From Lingula anatina (Eukaryota; Animalia; Brachiopoda): a DNA stretch of 64,000 bases. How positions within the stretch are numbered: the first letter of the stretch is position 1; every line of letters begins with the position of its first letter. The translations under genes were made by a program, and so were the position numbers. Positions 30,901 through 41,030 of the stretch are shown piece by piece. The notes beneath the pieces were generated by a model that saw only the letters and a program-made list of their open reading frames with translations, was not told the DNA's origin and did no database searches. The stretch is from NCBI GenBank assembly GCA_051362555.1, contig CM120643.1, positions 27,346,848 to 27,410,847 on the forward strand, given 5' to 3'.

Positions 30901-33900
30901 CCAGTTTTGGAGATATAAGGGACTAAATGTTACAATTTTGGAGTTACAGTAATGTGCCATAAATTTCCTACAGAAGAAATTAATTGAAACTAGAGGATCA
31001 GAGAGGCGATACCGCCTCCAGATATTGTACCACCAGCTGGAGTAAGCGCATTCGTATGGACCCCCCCCCTCCTAAAAGGGACACCATCACCAGTCTGGTG
31101 TTTGACAAGCTCTATAAGATGCAATCAACAAGAGTTCTCAAAATATGCAAAAAATATAACTAAAAATGATACAATCAAGCAGATTTTCAAATTGACTTGC
31201 ATTTTCCTACCCTTGCTCACTACTGTATTCTCTAGACAAAAGGCCTATTGGTTTTCCTTGAAATGTGTTGTCAATGGTGCATATATGCTGACAAAAGAGA
31301 AAACCTAGGGGAAACAATGGGCACATCTCTGCTAGATTTAAAGATATGAGAGGCAAGAAAATATGCAAAGCTCAGTTCATGGTGAAAAAGTAGGTCAAAG
31401 GTCAATTTCAATATCATAGTATATGAATTTCTATTCAAGTTCAATAGCAACCATGGACATTTCTTTGCCAATTTTGCAGATTTAAAGGCCAGAAAACATG
31501 CAAAAAGCAGTTCATCATTAAAAGTAGGTCAAAGGTCAATTTCAAGGTCACAGATTGCTAGTGTATTACTTCCTATTCAAGTTCAATAGTAACTATGGAC
31601 CTATCTGTCAGTTTTGAAGATAAAGGTGAACGAAAATTTGCTAAGTTCAGTTCATAGTAAAAGGAAGGTCAAAGGTCAATTTAAAGGTCACAGTAAATTG
31701 CCAGTTCATGACTTCCTATTTAAGTTCAATAGTAACTATGGACCTATCTCTGCCAGTTTTGGAGATTAAAGGGAACAAAAATTGGCAAAGTTCAATTCAT
31801 GGTGAAAAGTAGGTCAAAGGTCAATTTTAAGGTCACTGATTAATTGCCAGTATGTGACTTCCTATTCAAGTTTAATAGTGACTATGGACCTATCTCTGCC
31901 AGTTTTGGAGATTAAAGGGAACAAAAATTGGCAAAGTTCAATTCATGGTGAAAAGTAGGTCAAAGGTCAATTTTAAGGTCACTGTTAAATTGCCAGTATG
32001 TGACCTCCTATTCAAGTTCAATAGTAACTATTGACCTATCTCTGCCAGTTTTGGAGATAAAAGGGAACAAAAATTTGCAAAGTTCAGTTCATGGTGAAAA
32101 GTAGGTCAAAGGTCAATTTCAAGCTCACATCTAGATTGCAAGTAAATGACTTCCTATTCAACTTAAATAATAACTATTGACCTATCTCTGCCAGTTTTGG
32201 AGATATAAGGGACTAAATGTTACAATTCTGTGTTACAAAAATGTGCCACCACAAAGTACTTTTTAATACAGCATAACACGAAAACCGTATGAAATACAAA
32301 AAAACGGAGACCACTCTCAGTGTTGGGCTTTACATGCTCTACAAAATGCAAAAAAGAACGGGTCGCTAGCATTAACGGTTCCCGAATTAGAGACAGTTTT
32401 CATTTTCGGTATTTTATGGCCGCTACTCCTGTGAAAATGCACCGATTGACCCCAAATTCACAGAGATGAAAGATGACCCAAAGGGTAACACTTTCCAATA
32501 TAATAATTGGTTAAGTCTGTGTAGTGTCTGAATAACAGTGCAAATAATATTTTTTTTCGTAAAAAATTTCATTTTTTTGAAAATTTTGGCCCGTTTGACC
32601 TTGAAATAAAGGTCAAAGGTCAAATCCAAGGGCATATTTGAAATCTACACATATGACTTTTGGAAAGCCGTCTGTAGAAAATTTTCCCATAATTCCTTCC
32701 GTAGGGTAGATAATTGGCATTGAATTTTCAAAAATTTTGACAAGGGTGCATTTCAAGGAGCGTCACGCCCAGGTCAATGTACCGACTGAGACAAAAAAAC
32801 CTGGGGGTTCAAGTTGAGGTTATATGTGACCTAAATCCAAGAGATGGGGACAGGGGTCCTTGCGGTCTAGGAGGAGAAGCGGTAACGGTGACTTGTATCC
32901 GGCGCCAGTACGCGGAGCCGGCGGAGCTTACGGAGCCGGCGGAGCCAACGGAGCCGGACGAGACGGGTCGGGACTAAAACCATGAGTACCGCCAGCGTAC
33001 ACGCTGGTGGTACTAATAAAGAAAAGGTCATTTTGGTTGAAATTCTCAATTGAAGTGTGAGGTACTTAAAGGTTCAAGATGTTCAAATTTCATGAAATTA
33101 CGCCATTTTTGACCAAAAGTTGTCTGCCTTGCCAAACCTTATGATATCTTTTCCAGATGTTCAAAATTTATTACACATTAACATATTGCACATTCTGCTT
33201 TCACCATCACAATGTACTTTTTGATACAGCGTAACTCGTAAAATGTAAGGAAAACAAAAAAATGGACACCATCAGTGTTGGGCTTGACATGCACTACAAA
33301 ATGCAAAAAACAAGAGGTCTCTAGCATTAACGGTTCCAGAATTAGAGAGAGTTTGCTGTTTTGGCATCTAATGGCCCCCTGCTACCATGAAAATGCACTG
33401 ATTGACCCTAAACTGACGGAGATGAAAGATGTCCCTAATGGCAACACCTGCCAATAATATTATAGGTTAGGTCTGTGTAGTTTCTGAATATTGGCACAAA
33501 TAATTTTTTTTTCGTAAAAAATTCCTTTTTTTTTTAGAAAATTTTGGCCTGTTTCACCTTGAAATAAAGGTCAAAGGTAAAATCCAAGGGCATATTGGAA
33601 ATCTCCACATATGACTTATGTTCAGCCCTCTATAGAAATTTTTTCCATAATTCCTTTGGTATGGTAGATATTTAGCATTTAATTTTGCCAATTTTGGACA
33701 AGGGTGCATTGCGATGAGTGCCACACCTAGACCCTAGCACCAACGAAGCCCAAATTTTATGTGGATTGAGTTGAGATTATACGTGACCTCAATCCAAGAG
33801 ATGGGTACGCAGGCCCTTGTAATCTAGGAGGAGAAGCGGTAACAGTGACTTGGCCGCGGAGCCGGCGGACCAGACTGGACAGAACTAAAACCATATGTAC

Positions 33901-34712
33901 CACCAGCGCCTACCCTGGTGGTACAATAACTTTAAAAGACTGCTTGTAATTCTGACCCCCCCCCCCCCCCCCCACCACGCCCTCAACAAAAAATACAGTA
34001 AAATGGTAATAAAATGCTTTGCTGCAAAAGTATGTACTGGTCAAATTTTAAAAAGAGTCGGCAAAGCTAAAGGTACAGACAAAAAACAGAAAATAATGAT
34101 GCACAAAATGGGTTATTCTGGTGCAATAATACCTTCCTATTCAAGTTCAATAGTAACTATAGGCCTATTTCTGCCAGTTTTGGAGATATAAGGGACCATT
34201 TTAGCAACATTGATAACTCCAGGACTCAAAGTTTGAAGACAGTAAGCCCATCATTTTTCCTTGAAATGTGTTATCTCTAAAGTAGGAACAATAGATGCAG
34301 GTGATGACTACATGTACAGACACATAATAGAACTATAAGATGTCCACACACACACACACACACACACACAAAATACTCACATGTGTCTGCAGAGTTGAAA
34401 GTCTGTAATTTGGGTAACATTTCTTAAGAGGTGGTATAGGTCCAGTCTCTTGGTCACTTAGGATGATGGCCATGACAGTGACCATTGCACTCCAAATATC
34501 TGACTTCTTATTCACATCTGCAGCCCTGGCTATTTGGGGACTACAGTAGTATGGCGTACCAAACCTTTCGCTTAGATCCTGATCCTTGTACAACTGATGA
34601 GCAAAGCCATAGTCAACCAGTGTAACCTTCAACTGCTGCTATATTAGAACATGAAAAATGTAAGATTTCAGCATGAACATTGTATTTTAAATATTTGAAA
34701 CTATTTTGAAAG

Positions 34713-34749
<37 letters not shown>

Positions 34750-37240
34750 TCAGCGCTTAACAAATTTTGCTCTTTACTTTGATCTGTAAAATTCAGATAT
34801 CAATAGTTTCATAGGGTTCATTCCCAATAAAACTATTATTCTACAGAGATGGATCCATGTGGACTCTTGAAGAATGCAATCAGACTTACATTTTAAAAAG
34901 ATTAACACCCTTACTCTTGTTTTTAACATACTTGTATAATATCCAGCTTTTCTGTATTCCTCTGAATGCCAAGAGGAGGAATGTTAATCTGTTAATCTGA
35001 TTGAATTTAGCCAGACTCATAACAGAGTTGGAGTAATCTATGTAAAACAATAACTTCACTGAGAATGAGACCTTATGTTGAGGAATGTTTCTGGGGGTAG
35101 GTAGTTTATATTAATGTTTGCTTCATTTGGAATTATTTGAACCTATACAAAAAATGTATGTCAATAATTATTTTTCATATATTATTAAGTATGTTACTAT
35201 AATATTGTTAAGTTAGTAGCATAACCAAAGACATTTTTTTATATAGCTAAAAAGTAAAGAAATCAATAAGTTGGTTATTTATGAATAGTTTAATGTAAAA
35301 ATGTACAAATCTTATATTTAATTGATACATGCTCTAATGGTTGAATAAATGAAGATTAATACCTATAGTACATCAATACTGTGTCATCTGCAAACATTCT
35401 TATTTTATCAATTTTACATGTACGTCTGTAGAGTCAGTACTTTTCAGTTCAATACCACCCCCCAAGCACTACCCTAATTACACTTGTCTGATAAAATGAG
35501 AACTTACATCATCTACAGAGACTACCAGGTTATCTGGTTTAATGTCAAAATGTCCTATTTGCTTATTATGTAGGTGATTTATATGTCTTAGCAGCTCTTC
35601 GCACAGTTTGAAGCACTTCTTCATGTCTTTTCCATATAATTTTCCAAACTTTGAACCTGAGAATCCTGAAATAAAACAGATTAATTACAATAATAATAAG
35701 AGAATAAAATGAAAATTTAAATAATATAAGTATATATGCATATGTGTTTGCATGTGTATACACATGTAATAAAGCCTAAACACTCACAGTCAGTACTTAT
35801 ATAATTAGAACATTTAGACCCCATTCCCGATCAAGCAAGATTGCCCCCTTTCCCGGGGGATTTTCTCGCTTAAGCAGCTCTGATGTTTGGCATACCTACT
35901 GAAGCTGTTAGGGGGTAATTAACTATAATTCAGCATCTTCAGTAGGCGTGACAAACAACAGAACAGCTTCAGCTGAATGCAAATTAGCGATCGAGAAATC
36001 CCTCAGAGATGGGTGGATCTAGGGATGGGGTCTTGATTGTGGTTCCCAGTCATTTATACAGTGTTTGCAGTCCTTAATTTACAATTTCAAGTTACAGACA
36101 CAAAAAAACTTATCTTAGAATTGTCTAAGATTATACACTCACCCTGTACCAACTCCATTATAATATAGACACTGTCTTCGTAATAATATGCACCATACAG
36201 CTTGGGTGCAACTGGGGGCTTTAACTTGGCAAGAATTCTGAGCTCATTTTCCCGAAATCTGTCTAGATCTTCAACCTATATATATATATATAAATTCACA
36301 CACCAGTTTATTTGTTTGGGAGAAACTAATGTAAAAAGAAGAACATAACAAAGTTGTCAAACGTATAGACATAAATAAGAAAATAATAATGACATTGCAA
36401 AAAATAACATCACATAATGCCTAACAACATAACCAGGGCTCACCATTAACTGTTTTCACTCTGAACCAGCGGTTTGGTTGTTGTTTCATTGGGCCATATT
36501 TAAGTGATATAAATCACTCCTGTTAGTCTGAAGGTACCAGTAATAAGGCACACAATTATCCATTTATTCATGTCTACCCAACTACCAAACTCGGCACTGA
36601 ATGATCCCGAATTCACAGATAGATCGGACCACACTACCCGTTTTCAAGGTGTGCGTCAGTACGCCTTTCACAGTATCATACCCTGAACAAATTTTGAGTG
36701 GTGATGCAATACTTTCCAACCCCACTGAGAATCATCACTATCACATTGCGTACTTAGGCAAGAGCATTGTCGCATCTGATACTTCGAAGCGCGTATTGAC
36801 GCACACCTGGAAATTTAGTTACTTTTATTACTCTTTCACAGTTTTCAGTTCATTCAAAATCCAACTTATAGTTCTAATAATAATAATAATAATAATAATA
36901 ATATTAATTATTATTAGTGATGTCAATGCCTACAATGACCACAAAAACAAATTTAAGTTTTGAGTATCACATGCAACAAATGGAAATGTACCTTTCTTCA
37001 AAACCTGTGTACATCTAAGCAAGAAAAAATTCAAACAATGTCTTGTGCTTTTTTAAATTACAACAACAAGTCTAATTTCCACCATACCTTCTTCACAGCT
37101 AAATGCGTTATTAGTGTTCCTCCTGGGAATTGAGCTGTTAATACAGTTCCATATGCTCCAGAACCTATTTTTCTCTCATACTTTACATTGGTCAGCTGTT
37201 CCAAAAGTTTCTTTTTCTCATGATATTCCACTCCAAAAAC
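26753..37240 (-). CDS. Ser/Thr protein kinase (non-RD, NIK/MAP3K14-Tpl2/MAP3K8-like) fused to a C-terminal OTU-like domain lacking the catalytic His
   Basis: Minus-strand GT-AG exons with compatible phases: 37240-37088 (IGSGAYG..AVKK), 36275-36143 (FRENEL..LYGA..IMELVQG), 35665-35508 (HFDIKPDN), 34638-34381 (DYG, GTPYYCSPQ, DIWS), 30237-30084 (subdomain XI), 29202-28967 (NENCMFNALADQL), 28477-28123 (GTQGD..LLLGYFQNLRFVSL), one of 27713-27619 or 27306-27212, and 26866-26753 (stop). Confidence 0.85.
27087..27903. repeat. Perfect 407-bp tandem duplication containing a 95-nt exon
   Basis: 27087-27493 and 27494-27900 appear identical by eye; GCA microhomology at the junctions. Confidence 0.95.
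29435..30009. mobile_element. Degenerate palindromic MITE with a nested Kolobok-type MITE
   Basis: Outer imperfect TIRs GGCCTTRYAAACRGATTRGGYGTT..; inner element 29583-29920 has perfect 19-bp TIRs AGGGATAATAACTCTTCGT and TTAA on both sides. Confidence 0.75.
30294..33929 (-). mobile_element. Cluster of Helentron-associated (HINE/DINE-1-like) elements with internal 146-bp tandem repeats
   Basis: Full copy ~30988-33019 and partial copies ~30294-30965 and ~33200-33929. One end AACTAG..GAGGCSATACCGCCTC (hairpin); other end hairpin TACCRCCAG..CTGGTGGTAC followed by WAATAA; CGGAGC-type microsatellite; monomers at 30516, 30662, 30808 and 31387, 31521, 31661, 31806, 31952, 32098. Confidence 0.75.
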
Positions 37241-37745
37241 CTACCAATAATTTGAAATACACTTCATTCTCAGAACTTACAAATACACATCAAGCAAACT
37301 GAATATATACAATGATTACTGTAAAATCACTGTAGCCAATGAGATTCTCTCCTATTATTTTAAGGTAAACATAGTCATGTATTATATATCAATATATGTA
37401 TCATTTTTCTCATTGTGTGAATGGGTGTGTAGAGGGTGTCTAGGTCTATAATTGTGTAAAAAAACATCCTGCATTGACTTTGTGTATGAAATAAATTTGA
37501 AAAAAAAAAAATAAATAAATAAAAAGCAGCAACTGGTATCAAAATTACATTTTTGTTTTGCCCCAGTTTATATCTCAATCTTTGAACATGACACTGGTGC
37601 AGTAATTAAAACAACATTATAAATACAATAGAATTCTAAACAACAGGAGAGGGTGTCCCAAGACCTAAATCCAAAAAATTAACAGAAATAGAACAATAGA
37701 ACTGCAGAATTATGATATTATATATTATATATTTTGACAGAAATA

Positions 37746-38600
37746 TACTGAACAAAAATATAAACGCACGAAACTAAAATGGTCAGTTGAAATGGATATC
37801 ATGAAATATGTCCAGGTTGATGGTTTATTTGTGAACTGATGGATTTGTTTTCATCAATTATAGTGGTCTGCTTTCACTTTGCCGCTCCCCGTGAGTATAC
37901 TCAAAGGTTCAGTTTTTACACCCATAAGACTAATGGAGCATGACAGAGTAGAGGTCAATCTGCAAGACCAATACACATACACTCACTACCGTCTGGGCAA
38001 TAAAAGGACACACCAAAATGTGTATTTCTGCCACTTGTCAACATGCCACAGATGTCTGGAACCATGAAGGAGCATGCCATCAGCATGCTCAATGCTGGCT
38101 TGTCAGTAACAGAAGTTGCAGCATGCCTGAATGTGCATCATTCCACTGTCAGCCGTCTGGGAACATGCTTCAGAGACACTGGTAGCATTAGGAACCACCC
38201 TCATGCACCATGTCGCCCAACAAACACCTGTGGAATGTTCTGGATCAGAGTTTTCAGCCATCATGTTCCAGCTCTCGAGAATGTTCGCCAACTGGGAGTA
38301 GCACACCAGGAGGAATGGGATAATATCTCTTAGGCCTCTATTGACAACTTAGTGATGTCCATGCGCCGCTGGTGTACTGCTCTGCACAAATTTAATGGTG
38401 TCTGTGAACTTAGGATGTTGACCCCCATGGTGTATTTGATGCCCTAAATCTTGGACTATGCATTTAAACTTCCCCTAATGCTCTCAAAGTGATGTCTATT
38501 TGTCGAGAAAAATATGCTGTTATTTTTTACTATATACTCTAGTTCCATATATGAAAATAAATCTACATATTCTTTCGTGCGTTTATATTTTTGTTCAGTA
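37746..38600 (+). mobile_element. Internally deleted Tc1/mariner transposon
   Basis: 28-bp perfect TIR TACTGAACAAAAATATAAACGCACGAAA with TA flanks; transposase remnants AISMLNAGLSVTEVAACLNVHHSTVSRL..FRDTGS (HTH) joined to ..QEEWDNIS..IDNLVMSMRR (C-terminus); DDE core absent. Confidence 0.9.
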
Positions 38601-38609
38601 TAATAATAC

Positions 38610-39962
38610 TTGAGAATCTCATCTGAGGACTGTTTTGCTTGGTTTCTGAAAAAATGGTTTAGGATTTTATGGTCTTCATGGCATGTGCTTTGATCAATGC
38701 TTTTTTTTTCAAATATCCTGACGTCTGATACAATACCCGCTTTAAGTCCTGAGCACTGCACACTGTTATGACATATTTCCAGTCCCTTTGTCTGTCGTCT
38801 TCATGTAGATTATCAACAAACTCTAAAAAGGGATTTATCACATGGTCTTCCTTGCTTGTCTCTCTCAGTTCCCTTGGATCCCATATGTGAACTTTGACCT
38901 GGAACAAATATTCATTCATTACTGTTAACAGGTCAATTTATTCCTATTCAGTTCCAAAACTGCCAACATTTTTAATCTGAAAAATTGGTTTTAGCACGTA
39001 TAATCTTTTTTGCTGGTTTCAGTTTATGACAATGATTGCTTTCCTAGCTTTAATCAATGTAGAACAGAAATATATCCATCCCTTTTAAATAATAGAATTG
39101 TTCATTTACTTTTTGGTTGCTTGAGATTAGGATAACTCTAATTCTTCCTTATATTTCACATCCAGCAGAACTTGAGAGATTTTTTCACTACTTTTTTGAC
39201 TGACTGAGATTCTGGCTCTTCTGTCAAGCTTGACAGTGAACTATCAGCACACAAGGTAACCAAATCCCATTTTATGTAACACTGGCAGTGGTAACATAAG
39301 AAAAATAATAAATTTTACAACACTAAAAACCTCAAATAAGGTACATTACAAACTATGGGTCCTTTAATTTCCTATGTTGAAACTTGTAAGGGCATTTTAT
39401 CTGCCATTCTGAAAATCATCATTTCACCATCTAAATATTTGTTGAGGAAAAAGTTATTTTTACGTATGCATTTAGCATCAATTTCTGCAACAGAAAACAC
39501 CAGTTACTCAAAACATTGAAGATTCAACCTACTCAATACAGGTATATGCATAAATATAGTTACACAAGCTTTGCATGCCTTCAAGAATGATTGATTTACC
39601 AACCCTAAAAAATAATGGCTCAAATTTCTCGTTAAAAATGGACTTTATGACCCATTTTGCCTCTAAAAACACCTGTTCCTCTATAGTTTTCCAAAAAGTT
39701 TATTATTTACCCTACCCTTCTATTATATGTTAGTAACAGGGGTGGAGATTTTGTTTGATATTGTCTCTTTCTACTCTTTTTGATTTTTTTTTTTGGGGGG
39801 GGGGAGAGGGAGAGAAAGATGAGACGGGAGTGAATGTATCCAATAAGTTTTTAGCTGACTGCCCCAATCCCCTAGTTGTGCCCTTGTATAATGTAAAAGA
39901 GATTAAAAACTAATTTTTGTATGCACACAGACCTTTGCCTTTTCATCAATGAACAGACTCAT
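38610..39962 (-). CDS. Probable 5' exons of the kinase-OTU gene (reading frame unresolved or disrupted)
   Basis: Exon-like segments with splice signals at 39962-39933 (MSLFIDEKAK), 39240-39110 and 38898-38610 (VKVHIWDPRE..), plus candidate UTR donors near 40661-40677. As read they do not give one open frame into exon 37240. Confidence 0.45.
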
Positions 39963-40659
39963 GACTCAGAATTCAATGGAGAATATATGTTGAAGTAGAT
40001 GATGCCAGATTGTCATACCGCTGCATGTTCTTCAATGCTTGCTGAAAAATAAGAATTACAGTAGTATAAGTAAGGATCAATTATACATACAGTATTTCTA
40101 TATGACCAAAGTTCATTGATGAAGGGTTAAAACTTCATCCCTCAAATTTTGTTAAGATGTGCTTAAATTTCATAATTAACATACATAGCACTACAATTGA
40201 GGATACACAGATATATAAAGTTAATCAAATAAAATGTAGAAATAGATAATGTAAAACTGTACAATTGAAATTTATCTCCAGCTAAAAATGACCACTCTGC
40301 TTCACGTCTTACACCACTTGACGCCACACTTCTGGCACATTCCTTTCTCCTCCGGTACCCCTTATTGTATAGCCATTTATATAAAAATCAATATGTTCAT
40401 TTGTATGTTTATCTCTTCATTTGAGCTCTATTATAGCTAGTTGTGCTGTCACTGATTGTATCTTGAGTGTGAAGTTGTGTAATCAATCAAGAATCTGAAT
40501 CTGTACTGTACCGGTACAAAAACTTAAGGTTTACGTTACGTTTCACCAAACCTGCTGATTGATTTAAATTATTATACATTCTCTCTGTCGTTGTTATACA
40601 TTCACAGTTAACCTCGAAGTGGAAAATTAGAATATCTAGATTCCTTCAAATTTTGTTCT

Positions 40660-41030
40660 TGCTTACCGTCAACTTACTTTCATTTCAGCCGAGCACAGCA
40701 AAAACATATGTGGATAAAACGCGCGTATAAGGTCAATTAGATTAATACAAATTTTAAGAGTACTATTCAAACAACTGATCATGTATAATAAATGAATTAT
40801 CTTGAAAAACATTTAAATATTGCTACTTATTTTTAATATAGCGTCATTGAGCATAACATCCTAACTGTTTGCATATTTTTTTGTCTTTTTGACATGGTTT
40901 TTATGCGTGCGCAAGAGCTCACACAGAAGGTGGTGACATCTGGCGTGCGAACCGTTCAAAGTGCGGCTCGGTATTTTTTTGTGCATTTTGGGCAAATTGC
41001 TCTTAAACTGCACTTTAAATAGAAGTTAAA
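40660..41030. promoter_or_regulatory. Probable bidirectional promoter of RBBP5 and the kinase-OTU gene
   Basis: Minus-strand donors (gtaagc, gtaagt) at 40661-40677 about 350 bp from the RBBP5 ATG; locally CpG-richer. Confidence 0.45.

Noticed and set aside
31315-32215. Regular repeat array as a possible CRISPR
   Set aside because: Whole monomers repeat with no unique spacers, no cas genes, and the context is eukaryotic.
32777-33049. ORFs with AEP or RLR repeats
   Set aside because: Translations of the CGGAGC microsatellite inside the Helentron-like element.
34633-34641. TAGCAGCAG tandem acceptor in the kinase exon
   Set aside because: Common NAGNAG pattern changing only one or two Gln residues in a loop.
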